Shown in pieces: positions 13,901 to 26,979 of a DNA stretch of 64,000 nucleotides (the stretch's first letter is position 1; each line of letters begins with the position of its first letter). Below the pieces are notes generated by a model. It was given only the letters and a program-made list of their open reading frames with translations. It searched no databases and was not told the origin of the DNA. The position numbers and the translations under genes were made by a program. Origin of the DNA: Gordius albopunctatus (lineage: Eukaryota); the NCBI GenBank assembly GCA_964276515.1, contig OZ193909.1:13082001-13146000 (forward strand), given 5' to 3'.

Positions 13901-16900
13901 CTAAGAAAATTTAAATCTTATAAATTTTGTGCTAGTTATTAATATTAAATGCATTTTTAGGTATATATCATTTCTTTTGTAGTTTCTTTCAATAAGTGAA
14001 CTTTTTCGTACACCCAAATAATTTTAATTCTGAAAGCATTCTTCGTATATTAGAGTTGGGAAATATTTCATTTATAAAAAACCAATATATAACAAAAATT
14101 AGTTGGTTATCAAAGGCGAACTATTTCGCCAAAATAATTAATTAAAGGGTAAAAATAATGTCATTGTTATAATGGTAACTTCTTTTTTAAAATTTATCAG
14201 CGCGTATAATCCATTGTCATTTTTGTCCTTTACCGTTTTAATTGATTAAATTTTAGTTATCAAATTTCTATAGATTTAATTGAACTTAATATATTAATCC
14301 ATTAAAATTATTGGATTGGAACGTGTTGGAGGAGAGTTTACCTGCCACAAAATTCATTATAAATTATTTAAACAATCATTAAATTGATTTAATATTTGAC
14401 TCCTTGTGATTTTTTAAATTTAATACTATTGATTTTACTTGCTCCCTATTAATTCTTATATTTAGAAAAAAAGCAACATTTCTTCCGGTAGTTGCCTCAT
14501 TTTTGTATTTAATCGTGAAGTTTTTTATGAGATTTCTAGTTAAGATAAAACTCAACAATCATATTGTTACCATTTTGTCTATTATTAAATTGTTACGACC
14601 CTCGTTTCAATAAATGACCCGTTCAATTTTTGTTTCTATAGTAAAAATCTAAAATTATGATAAAACATTATATTCCCTATAAATATAATATAAACAAATT
14701 ATTAATTGCTAATAATTAAAAAATAATTAATTAATATATTATTTAGCAAAATAATTCTTAAATTGCCATATTTGATTAATTAGGGTACTCTAGTCCCCCT
14801 AGAAATTAATGTTAGGTAGATTTTTAGTAATTTAAAAATGATAAATCAATCTTTAAAATTTTTTTAACAAACAGGCAGTCAGTCGAATCCAGTTAAATTA
14901 GATACGGTTTCGATAAAACCCCGAACAACCTTATAATAACGCGATTTTTAAGATTGATATAATTATTATTAAACCGCGAAATAAATTTATTTTAATTTTA
15001 AATATCTGCGTTGTTATAATTTTGTTGAAATGATATTTCTAATTGTAAGAGTTCATTTATAATTATTTACATTTTTAATTAACCATAACAATTTTATATA
15101 TCTGTAATTTATTAATATATTGTCAGAAGTTTTTATATTTATTGCTCGAATCGCGAAACATTAATTTAAAAAAACATACAAGATGCGTCTCGAATTCGAT
15201 CTTGGCAAAATGAATAAGATAACTTAATTTGGATTATACAATATGTGAGCTAATAATGTACTACAATTGTGTTGTGGGTAAGAAAAGGCTGCTAGTGTAT
15301 TTGAAACGGAAATCGGTGGCTTTTGTCCTAGTGGAAAGAAAGGTTGATAAGTATAGTATGATGGGCAACATTTGAGAAAAGGAACTACAATGGCTACATT
15401 AATGTCCTTGAATTACTCAAGGAAATGCCACAATACATTATAATTTAGCTCATCTTTTTGTCATCTCTAAAAATTATATATAACTGATTAGCGTACTTTG
15501 ACAAGGTTTCCGTTCCTTTCACATTTTCTAATTATATCGGGTGTATAATTGGATTTCGAAAAATAATATATCTTCATTATAATTAAATCTATTGAATATA
15601 TTACACGGGTTAATGTGAAGGTCAGAACAGGGCTAAAGTTGCTGTTAAATAATCAATTATTAGTAATTATAATAGAATAAACATGGGCGTACCCAGGTTT
15701 TGAATTAGGTTGGGGCAAAACATAATTTTTTTTTTAATTTTTCAATGTTTTGCATTAACATTTTTTTTCGTACCCCCCCCCCTCTGGGTACGCCCATGAG
15801 AATGAAGTCTTTGTAGGTTGTCAGTTTACAGCACCTAAAAAATATGGAACATAAACTATGACTCTCCGATGGAATTTTGCAGTCTTTCAAACATTTATAA
15901 AAAAAAGGTTTAAAAATATTTTTGGGAACAGTTTTAAATTGTCATAATGTTTTGTTTATTTTGGTATGCAATTCATCGCACTGTGATTTGTTTACACTAT
16001 TAATGAAATATCCTCACTTCTGTATCCTTTTTAATTAAGTTTATATTAATATAAAATTTTGCTATAATTAGTAGAGTAAACATCGATTGATTTGTAGTTT
16101 TAGACCTATGACCAATTAATTAACCTTTTATATATTCATAATAAAGGAATCGAAAATATTAATGTTCATAATTGGGAAGTACCAATTATTCATTTCCTTT
16201 TTATATCGCGATGCTTTGTAAATCAAACGTTTGAGAATCGAGTTTTTTTAGGATGTGAATATCTATGAAGATTTCTATTGTCATTCGAATACAACATTTA
16301 TGTCAGCCTGCTTTAATTTAATAATAATAGATAGGTATCCATACTAGAGAGAGCCCTTTCCCGTAGCCGTTGATTGAAGTTTATTTATAAGTTTTATATA
16401 TATTAAGGTTGAAATCAAAAGGCCAAACAATTGCTATAGCATTTATTGGAATTCGTTAATTAATCGATTAGAATTGTAAAAGTAATTAAATTATCAACTT
16501 TATAACAATAATCAAATCCTTATGCAATTCACCCTTTTTTGTTATAACATTGCTAGTGCTAGGCGTTATTAAGCGTTTAAGTTATCATCGGGGCATGGGC
16601 TGCCCCCCTCTAAATCCAAAAAATTGTTGAAATGGCTTAAATTTCAAAAAAGATAATTTTACCCCTCCTTAAAGCATTATTGCCCCCCCCTCTAATTCTA
16701 ATGCTGGCTATACGCCCTTGCATCGGGATATTATTAATTAAATTGTTTTATGGCCAATCTCGAAAGAGGCATCCTCCTCCCTCCCTCTCTTTCCTGTCAA
16801 ATAATTAAAATTGAGTTGAAATAATTTATTCGCCATATAAATTGCCTTCACCTCATGAATAACTCGCCTTTTTAGGTAAGCGCCACGTGAATCAATAAAC

Positions 16901-19900
16901 GTGTAGGTTGGCGATAGATAATTATTTTGGCAGCCCAAGACTAATATTTGGTATCGAGGTCTTAATTTAACCAAGACAAAGTAGGTATTTCTGGTTATTT
17001 AGCTATTTTCTCGCCTCTGTTTTGCCTTTAAGGAAAGGTCAAAAGTCCTTTCTTTTGTAGTTTTGCCTCTCTGCTATTACATTAATTGAATCCCTCGTTA
17101 AGTGAAAGGTCTTTTTGGTCTTATATAGGTTTAGGTACTTTCACCTAGCAGCACACGCATTTGCCATTACAGAATAGCGGAAGCGGCTATTCCTTTGTTG
17201 TTACTACTACTACTATGTTTGTGTCATAAATAATTAATCGTGAAACGGAGGTGGTTGACTACAGGAGGAATATATGGAGGGGGTGGGTAGACGGGTAGTA
17301 AGGTTTTAAAATTCTTCATTTTACATTAGGCTAATGAAATTTTTATGGTCGATATCCAATGGCATGCAGGCGTAGGTGTGAAATCTCAAAAATATGGTGG
17401 GAGCCAATAAATATCATTAGATCTTTCGATGTGGATAAAAAATGGCTACTCTAATTCAACATTTACTTCATAAAAACCACTATATATTCATTTAAATTTT
17501 GCTTTAAAGCCATATACACGACGTTTACTATTAATTTTAATTAGTTGCTGTTTTTTTATTATTACAAATGATAATATTAACTTAAAACTTTATTTAATAC
17601 AAATTGCAAATATAATTTATATGGGCGTAGCCAGGGGGACGCAAGGAGGTGCGACTGCCCTTCTCTAAATCAATTTTTTTTATTAAATTTAATATATTTA
17701 TGGCTAAATTACTAAAAATTATCATTTTACCCCTCCCCAAATCATAATTATTTTCTCTAATTCCAATCCTGCTATAATAATTCAATATCATAATCTGTCT
17801 TAAACTACTACAACATATTATTTATTATCAATCGCCTTATCAAATTAAATTCGCCATTCTACCACTTTAACACTATAAAAAAGTATTCTCAAACCCTATC
17901 AAATTTTAGGTCGATAGTATATTAAGCATAATGCTCCAAAAAAGTTTGCTTGCTACTTAATATATAGATAGTCAATAAACTTTGGTGACAATATTATTGA
18001 TTTTGTATTGACATAATCGATAATAAAACATGTAATTATAAGTAAGATAAGTCTCAATTAATATGAACAAATGTCTATAGGTCGGTAAATCATCTCAATT
18101 AATAAAGTTCCATCTTTAACAACCCCGCCTCTCTTTTAAATTTATTCTATTGACATCTATAATCCTTTACTAATGAATTTATTGATCATAATTCATAAGC
18201 GTTATTTATGCGGTTGTCTACATGAGAACATTAAGTTAATTTATGACAAAAATTAAAATTCATTTTAAAATAAGTGATTATTAATTATATTTTACAGTTG
18301 AGTTTGCATTAAGAGTAAATTATAATAAATAAAAATTTTATTTAGAGCATCTAATTTTACAGATGTAAAATCTCATTATTTCTCTATGTAAGATTATATT
18401 ATTTACAAAAATAATAGTTTTTTGAAAAGGGTTTTAGTGAAATTCGAAACCTTAAGTTAATGTTCAATGAAACTAAGTGAAATTCGAAACTTTAAAATTG
18501 ATTCTGTTATGAAACTAAGTTGACTATACCTTATTTGCATATGTCTGCTTTAATAAACGTCTTGTAGCTTTATGATAATCGATTAATTTGCATATAATAC
18601 AATCATGTTTATTACCAAATTAAAACAAAGCTACGACTTGAAGTTTTGGCAATCTGCTTTTTATATCTAAAGTCCATTCCTTTAGACTCTTACCTCTTAA
18701 TTAAGTGTCCTCGCATAAACTATTTTTTGTATAAGTTTGAATTATGCTTTCTTTTAATTAGGCATTGCATGTGTAAGTGAAAGTTTAATAAAGTGTAGTG
18801 TATTGATATATGCCAAGAGTTTTAATTAAAATCGCTAATTCATATCCATATGCAGGCATGTGGCCGTACCCATGATTTACGAAAAAAAAATTGCAATGCA
18901 AAAAAAGGAAAAAAATATATGTTTTGCCCCCCCCCCGCGCTCTAAATGAACTTTTAAACGTTTTGCCTCCCCCCCCCCCTAATTTAAAACCTGGGTACGC
19001 CCATGTGCAGGCATCTTTATAAAGCTTAGTAATCACATTTTTTATATAACGAGGCGACACTAAACTTAATGAGGAGGTTAGAGAGGAAAATTAGTAATAA
19101 ATAGGCAAAAATTGCCTGCTCGTATAAAATTTAATGTGAGTAATCATAAGGAAGGTGATATAGTTTTACCGAGTTCTACAATATTCTATAGCAAAATTAG
19201 ATGTAAATGAGCTTTAAAATTGTAAAGATTTTGAATAAAAAATGGTTATGAGCATAGGCGTAGCCAAGGGGTGGCAGGAAGGGGCAGCTGCCCCTTCTAA
19301 AACCAAAAAATTTATCAAAATGTAATACAATTATGGCAAAAATTATCAACAAAGGTAAGGGGAAAGAGGGGAGGGTAAGGGAAGGGGGGAAGGGAAGGCG
19401 GGGAACGAGGTGCAGGAGGGAAGGGGGAACGAAACTCATCTATACTCCGTATAAACTTAGCATATTTGCTATGCAATTTATGGGCGAGAAAGGTGTATCA
19501 GTAGAGGCATAGGCCCTTGTAGGGGCGGGGGCATAGATAATTATCAATGTTAACCTAATATAGCAATTCAAAAAACGGAAAAAAATTCGATTTACACTTT
19601 GGCCAATGGTTACTTTTTTCATTGGTCAGTAGCCAGCGGACGGCCAAAAAGTCATATTATCAATGGTATTAACAATAACAATATATTAATTTTAAAAAAA
19701 ATTAAAAAAATTTGCCCTCTCCAGGACTCGAACCACGTCAGTAGAGGCATAGGTTTTTATAGGGGGGGGGGCATAGGGACCCATATCAGTAGAGGCATAG
19801 GCCCTTGTAGGAGAGGGGGCATAGGGTAATTATCAATGTATACTAAATTGGCCCGCCCATACCCGTTTTTATAACTTCAAGGCCCGTCCGGGCCAGCCCG

Positions 19901-22900
19901 TAATTTTTTTTAACACCTCAGGCCCGTACGTAAGTTTTTTAAGCCCGTCCAAGCCCGTCCGTAAATTTTTCTTCATACCCGTTTACAAAAGCGCCAGGCC
20001 AGCCAAAACTCATTCCGATTTTTCTAAAGAACTCCGCGCCCGGCCCCATCAAAAAATTCACAAAATTTTATTTTATTTGTTGACATAATGATAAAAAACA
20101 TCAATAATTATCATTTAAAAATAATAAATCTTCAATTATTTCTGCATTTAATACACCTAAAAATTTTCAATATAGTACTACCATTAAATTACATTAAAGT
20201 ATTACATGAGATGAGAATATTCCACTTTCAACAATTTACTTTTATTTGATTAATTAAGTTAATAAACCTAAGAAATTAGAATTACGTATTATGATTAAAT
20301 TAATAAACTTTAATAAAATTACATAAAACTAAAAGTATTGAACTTGAGGTTTACATTGATTTGATTAATTTATATCAGTTAATACACCAAATTTTTAGAT
20401 TAAAAAATATTTATCAAATTATATGCTCTAATAATAATTATACCAGTAAAATTTGTGATAAAATTAAAAATAAAATTTTGGTGCATTATAAATAAGTAAT
20501 TCAACTTATAAAAGAATATACTAAGCTATAATCTTAAATTATGTAAACGAAAACTATAGCAAATAGAATAAAAATGAAAGCATGCTACGGGATATACAAA
20601 AATTAGAGTTTAAAAAAATAAAGCAAAAAATAATCCATATATTCAACAATAATCATATATTTATATAATTATCTGACTTTCAAGGACCTTTGTAATTCCA
20701 TGGCCGTTTATATAATCTCTAGCCCGTTCAAGATCAAGCCCGTTTATAAAAAGTCAGGCCCGTTCAAGCCCGTTAAGAAAATCTCAGGCCTGACCGAGCC
20801 CGTTCTATTAATTTTTAGGCCCGTCCGGGCTTGGCCCGTTGAAATTTTTATGATACAAAACCCGTCCGTACCCGCCCGAAGTCCGGGCTTTTAGGCCCGT
20901 TCGCGGGCCGGGTCTGCCCGTGCAGATCTCTTTACCAATTCAAAAAACGGGAAAAAAATCGAATGACAATTTGGCCAATGGTCATTTTTTTATTGGTCAG
21001 TAGCCAGGACATGGTCAAAAAGTCATATTATCAATGGTATTAACTAGAACAATATTTAAAAAAATTTCGCCCTCTCCGGGTATCGAAGCAGCAATTTAGA
21101 ACGTTGGACGAACGGACAACAAAAAGCGAGCCCATAAATTGCATAGCAATTAATTATCATTTTGACCCTCTTCAACCCTTTAAATCCAATCCTGGCTACG
21201 CCGGTGGTTATGGGATATACTTTCTATATTAGCATACAAATTATACATAGAATTATGTTTATTATCAACTTTTTTTAAACATTTAATCCTGGTTTTCTGC
21301 ATATGCTTGTCACTTATTTTAACTATTTAAATATTATTAGCTAGATGGAGGGCTGAGGGGAGGGCAGAGGAATATTTTCCCCCCTGCCCCTGCTCCGAAA
21401 AAAAAATCTTTAAATCTTTACATATACATACATAATAATATCCATCCATATGCATTTAATTTAATAGGTTCATTGGCTTCTTAGCTTTTTCGGATCTCAT
21501 TTCGTGTATTGCAATGATCCCATGGCCATTGGTTCACTTACTTGCCATAGCTCATCACTGGTCCTTTGCCATGACTTACAGTTGGACCTTTTTCCTGATT
21601 CGGATATGTCTAATACTAGTTAACACCTTTATGAAATTTAGCGCCTTGCTGACTTGTGCCCTCAGTCTTGACCGTTATGTGGCGCTGCATCACCCTCATA
21701 AATATTTGGGACTATCTAAAAAAGGTTCTTACACAAAAATCATCATCAGCGCTTGTTTCTTCATTGCATTCTCCTTAATGGTACCAAGGGTCAAAAAGTT
21801 TGATATAACATCCATTAGCTGCCTAAGCCTAAACCCGAAATCTCCTATGCATTCTCGAGTCGTCAAAGCCGCTACAATAGACATTAATCATCCACTCAAT
21901 ATTGATAACTCTGCAATTAAAAGGGCTGGGGTTATAAAACAAATATTTAACAAGCTGGGCAAAGGTTTTGATAATTCAAGTTGTTACACTTTTGTGATTA
22001 ATAGGGAATTTCATTCATCTCGTTTTTACTGGTACTACAAATGGTGGCGCGAAATCATACTCACCGTCCTGCCTCTCATTTTGCTGCTCATTCTCAACAT
22101 TAACATCGTTCATAAATACAAAAGTGACATCATGAAAAAAAAGTTATCTATGACATTACCTCCTACAGCAACGGAAATACAAGGAACCGATAATCAGGTC
22201 CCTAGTATTGACTCTGCAGGTATAGGTAGATATTTCGGTCGCAAATTCATGCGCATCAATTCTCGATATGACCTTCCCGAACCAATAGCTCCTAATGAAC
22301 GCCGAAAAACAATTGCACAAACTTCCTTAGTAAATAACAAACATCCTACCTTTAGGAGAGCTCAAACTACCAAAGTGCGCGAACACAAGAGCTTAAGTTT
22401 GATCGCGATGCCTAAAGATATGATCAAGACGAGCGTCCCTTATTTGTCACAAATTGGAAGTTGTGGATCTCAATGTAATTATAGTAGTCGTCTTATGGTC
22501 CATAATGAACCTTTAAGTTTGCGCTATACAGGCTCAGCAAACAGTACATTTTCAAATGCACTTACTAGCAATGTAGTAGTTGACGTTGAAATGAATGGTT
22601 GTGGATACAAGCAACAATCAAAAGCCACTGCGATATCGCCACAATTTAACGATGCCATTGAATTAAACACAGTTGATGGATCACGTGAAAATGGGCATGG
22701 GAAGCTATCAGTTTATAAAGAATCTAGCATAAATGCTGAGGAAACGACTAAGCTGTTACCTAAAGTAATCACAACTAATCACCATAACAACCTAATCGAA
22801 ATGGCTAAATTACCGCGACAAACTGTGATTTCACCATTGCTCCGTCTTCAATCTTCCAGTACCTATTCGCTTGTCAACGTTGGTAGACACAGTTTAAAGA

Positions 22901-23277
22901 AACGCATCTTAGAATCTATTAGGCCCTCTTTGATTAGCGTAATCCTACGGACTCCGCGTCACAGCGTTGTTAGCGAAAAGCAGAAAAGGTATGCCAAAGA
23001 CGAACGCAACTTAACCTTAATGCTAATCATAACCGTCCTGCAACACGTTATATGTACGGCGCCTCAGGCCGTTATAACTATGTTCGATTCGGCGGAACGA
23101 AGACAATTTTCAATACCGCTCGAAAGCACGTTTCTGGTTACAAATTGCTTAGAAGCGCTCAACTACGTCCTCAACTTTTACATTTACTGCATATTCGTCA
23201 AAGATTTTCGCCTGCAATTCAAAAAAATTTGCAGGAACGCATTAAACAAATGTAAATCTCGTTTCGATAAAACCTGA
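10972..23277 (+). CDS. Class A (rhodopsin-like) peptide GPCR, FMRFamide/sex-peptide/myosuppressin-receptor-like; exons 10972-11228 and 21468-23277, about 688 aa
   Basis: TM1 LGLFGN; phase-2 GT-AG intron 11229-21467 joins in frame to TM2 FLAFSD; TM3 LSLDRY; TM6 ICTAP; TM7 LNFYIY (NFxxY variant). Confidence 0.88.
11392..11954. mobile_element. hAT MITE with an internal ~138-bp tandem duplication
   Basis: CATGGGCGTAGCCAG...CTGCCTACGCCCATG; perfect TSD GACTCTTG (11384-11391, 11955-11962). Confidence 0.92.
12177..13788 (+). mobile_element. Non-autonomous Helitron with 340-bp internal tandem repeats
   Basis: A|TC start, (TATG) microsatellite, 3' hairpin CAAAGCAACGCTTGG and CTAG|T end, no TSD; ATGTTACAGTATACGGTCAA at 12601, 12941 and 13281. 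Confidence 0.88.
15682..15798. mobile_element. 117-bp hAT MITE
   Basis: TIR CATGGGCGTACCCAG / CTGGGTACGCCCATG; TSD AGAATAAA/AGAATGAA. Confidence 0.88.
18859..19005. mobile_element. hAT MITE (same subfamily as 15682)
   Basis: Right TIR CTGGGTACGCCCATG, decayed left TIR; TSD TGCAGGCA on both sides. Confidence 0.8.
19353..21151 (-). mobile_element. Helentron-associated (HINE/DINE-1-like) non-autonomous element
   Basis: Perfect 20-bp inverted repeat TTGCTATGCAATTTATGGGC (19466-19485 / 21130-21149), one terminal and one subterminal next to a short hairpin TATAC-TCC-GTATA; no TSD. Confidence 0.55.
19845..20932. mobile_element. hAT non-autonomous element (left end truncated), related to 38330-39952
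   Basis: Dense GCCCG/GGCCC subterminal repeats at both ends; right end CCCGTGCAGATCTCT resembles the TIR CCGTGCAGGTCTCTA. Confidence 0.75.
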
Positions 23278-24824
23278 GAATCATTTAAAACATATGTTTT
23301 ACATGTTTATCGTCAATGTCAAGTGATATCATTAGTGTTAAGGTTAACATACAATATTGTTGCGTGTTATGTTAGCTAGTAATACATTGAATCGTGATTT
23401 AAAAGTGTAAATCACATGGGCAAATATGATTAAAAACTATTTGTAACACATAAGGATCAAAGATAAAAGGGTTCTATATGACAGTTTTAAACAAAACTCA
23501 TTTGGAGTTATAAGTTCAGAGAATTATTATGTCTAACATTACGATAACAATGAATATAAAATTAATCGATTTTCCAGCAATTTCTAATAAAAAGTATTAC
23601 ATTAGCTCGCTATACTTTATGTTAGATTTAAAGGTAGTTATCTGTCCTTGGTCAGTTAACTCGTCTTTAGTTTTGAAGTGTAATTATTAATTGCCAAGAG
23701 GGACACATATTTCCTTTGGTTTAATTAATGGCCTGTCATTTAGATAGTTTAAATCATGTTTGTAAGTACATTTTACGATTGTAAAAAATTTATTGATAAT
23801 AACTATAAATGTATTATTAATAACACAATAGATGATTCAAACTTTTTAATTTTAATTAAACTAATTGAAATAGTTTTCGCCATACATTCAAATAATCAAA
23901 ACCACTCAATGTAAGATCGTTGAACCATTTATCAATTTTTATATTAATTTTTAAAATCTATTTCATATGACAGATTAAAAGTGATATATTTTTTAAAATT
24001 CCGGTTTAACTTCTGCTCTATTCTATTATACCACTAAGCCTTCTATAAAAAATATACTAATCATTTGTTATTCTAAAAAAAGAAATATTTTGCCAAGAAG
24101 AAAGTAATAAATAAAAAAAGTCAAGAATTATAAATATTTGGAAAACATTCTGATATTATAATTGAATTATATTTACAGATGGTAATGCCGATTTTCTGTC
24201 TTATAAAAAACGATTTACGATTATCATGTCTGTCTTCATGGGCGTAGCCAGCTTTTGAATTAGGGGGGGGGGGGCAGATAACAAAAAATTTTCCCTGAGA
24301 GCAAAAAAAAGGTCTCCCCTATCCAAAAAATGTTCCGGATTTAAATTTGGTTAATTAGGGGGGGGGCAGCGTTTAAATTCTAAATTTTATTAAATCCTAT
24401 AGGCGAACACAACTCGTTCTTTCCATCCAGCTCTACACTCCTTACTTTCCTTGGCATGCTATAATTAAAAAATTTGATATAATTAAATATCAAAAACATG
24501 CAATTACTATATAATGATGATATAGAAAAAAATACTGAATATAGCCCAAGTCTGACAAAATTTTTAATAACTATAAAGATAATCAATATTTATAATCAGA
24601 TTAACAAATTTAATATAAAATATACCTGCATAAATTACTATTTTTTAAATCAAAAATTATTTAAATAAATATAAAGTATTTGATAAATTTTTCTGAACTG
24701 ACCTTATGGGGTTAGAAGAGCTCCTAAAATTTATATATAAAAACTCGGGCCTTCGACCCTCGTGGGAAGGGGTGATGGGAAGGGGGGAAGGGAAGGGGGA
24801 ACGAAACTCATCTATACTCCGTAT

Positions 24825-25246
24825 TAGAGACCTGCACGGCCCGGCTTTTGCTTGGTCGGCCCGCCCGCTTCAAATATGAGTTTTTTGTATAATCTTCAGT
24901 CCACATATCTGTTGTGGCTGAACATAAACCTTTTTGCACATAAGATATTATTTCTGGTAATATCTGTTTCCTTATGGCATCAGCAGACTGGCTAACATAT
25001 CTGGCTATAGTAGTTGGATCAGGAAAAATTTCTTTAACATTAACTTGCCCTGGTGTTACATTATTTATTAAAAACTGGCAAAAGTCTTGAAATCCTTTTT
25101 TGCCAAAAACTTCAAATGGTCTTAAATCTTTGGCACAAAATTTTATGGCTTCATCAATTACTTTGGTTTTTAAAAGCTTTGCTTTTTTCGTATCCATTGC
25201 TGAAACATATTGATCCATTGTTCCAGATGTTGATTCAACACTACAT
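24825..25246 (-). mobile_element. Doubly deleted copy of the hAT element at 38330
   Basis: Same TIR and flank (CTCCGTAT|TAGAGACCTGCACGG); same peptide MDQYVSAMDTKK...TTDMWT. Confidence 0.9.
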
Positions 25247-26010
25247 AATTATCCACCATCTTGGAAAGCTTTAAATCGTACTTTCGGTCATTCGCCATAT
25301 TAGAATTTTGGCGCAAAACTCATTAAAATGGCGTTTTAACACTAAAAAATTATGGAAAATATTCCTTGTAACTTTTCTGACGCCTCCGACTATAAGTTTT
25401 GCCTCTGGTCAACTCAATTTTAGTCAAATATATCACTGATTCCACCGTCAACTTAACATAAAACTTATATTTTAACTAAAAGTATTCAACCAAACCCTCA
25501 TCAACTGAGCTTAAATTACAAAATACCATCGCAAGCTTGATAATATTCCATGTGCTAACTTTTCTGACGCCTTCGACTTTAAGTTTTGCCTCTCATCAAC
25601 TTAATTTTAATTAAATATATCATTAATCCCATCAAAACTTGAATTTTAGTGAAAGTAATCAATCAAACCACCGTCAACTTAGCTTAAATTTTAAATGTAA
25701 CCTCTCGTCAACTTAATTTAACCTAAAATTATAATTACATTAAGAATTTATCCTCTGGTCAACTCACTAAAAAGTTAAATTATTAGGTATCAATCCTCTC
25801 GTCAACTCAACTCAAACTAAAATATTAAATTCAGATTTCTCATCGTAAACTTACGATTTAAACCTATTAAATCCTTTAAATAAGCAGTTAATAACTCAAA
25901 GCTTCAATTACATTTTTTATAATGTATTTAATCCTATGCTACAATAATCTATACCACAACATCTTATATAAATTCTTAAGGTATTCTGTTAACACACTTT
26001 GTATTTAAAC

Positions 26011-26979
26011 CAGGCGCGTAGCCAGGATTTTCTCAAGGGGCCAGAAAGATTCAAAAAAATTTCCGACACTTTTATTTTTAATATAACAAAAATAAACTTC
26101 GCGTACAATAGGACAAGGGCTTTCAACTTTTGATCCCCTTTACCACCATACCTTGGTCCAAAGAACACACAAAATTTACAATAAGCACCATTTTCTCGGG
26201 GAGAATAGGAGAGCCAGCTCCATTTATGAAACCAAGAGAAATTAAATTTCAGCTTTTTAGCTGTTTCATCACGAGGGAAATTGAATAAAAGTGGTGGTTG
26301 ATAAATTTTATCAAATTCTGCCAACTTATCTTCATAATGTTGTATGGTGTTAACATACAAAGATATGTCATACGGCTGTTTTACAAATTTTAATTAACTC
26401 TAAAAATAAACTAAAAAAGATAAAATTATACATATACATATACCATTTGACTTTAGAATAGTTGAGGCATTTTCATCAATATTATTGTTTAAGGCAATAG
26501 GTGTAAGTGTTTCAATTGATATTGAATCTTCTTCTTGTTCTTCATCATCTAGAAATTTTTAAAATTGGCAATACAATGTAATCACAATAAAAATTAATAT
26601 ATATAAGAGATCAATACTATATAAACATAAAATAAAAGCCTAAGTCACTTACTAGAAATACCAGGGTTTGGTATTTTAAGGGGGAAAAATTTTTGTATAG
26701 AATTCTTCATAATTTACAACTCTTAGGGGCAATCATACATACATACATTTTACAATCAACGGTGGAAAATTATAATGTTGGGTGCAAGTCGAAAATTAAA
26801 TTCTAAAAATTGAATGTATATATTATGTTTACAGACTTTTATAAGTATCTCAAAATCTTTTATGCAACTAAACTATAATATTTCAACCCATTTAATCTAA
26901 TTATTAAACAAAAAAATTTTCAAATTTTGGTCAAGGGGCCAGAAACGTCCCACTTTCTGGCCCCTTGGCTGCGCGCCTG
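26011..26979 (-). mobile_element. hAT deletion derivative with a TTF-type zinc-finger coding remnant (copy 1)
   Basis: TIR CAGGCGCGTAGCCA / TGGCTGCGCGCCTG; TSD ATTTAAAC; FNFSWFHKWSWLSYS...AYCKFCVFF is TTF-type. Confidence 0.9.

Larger units (their letters stand above)
19253..21206. mobile_element. hAT MITE split by nested insertions
   Basis: CATAGGCGTAGCC...GGCTACGCCGGTG; TSD GTTATGAG/GTTATGGG; MITE body interrupted at ~19353 and resumes at ~21152. Confidence 0.8.

Noticed and set aside
25400..25815. CRISPR-like spaced short repeats
   Set aside because: Repeats are degenerate, spacing is irregular, some spacers are themselves related, there are no cas genes and the context is eukaryotic
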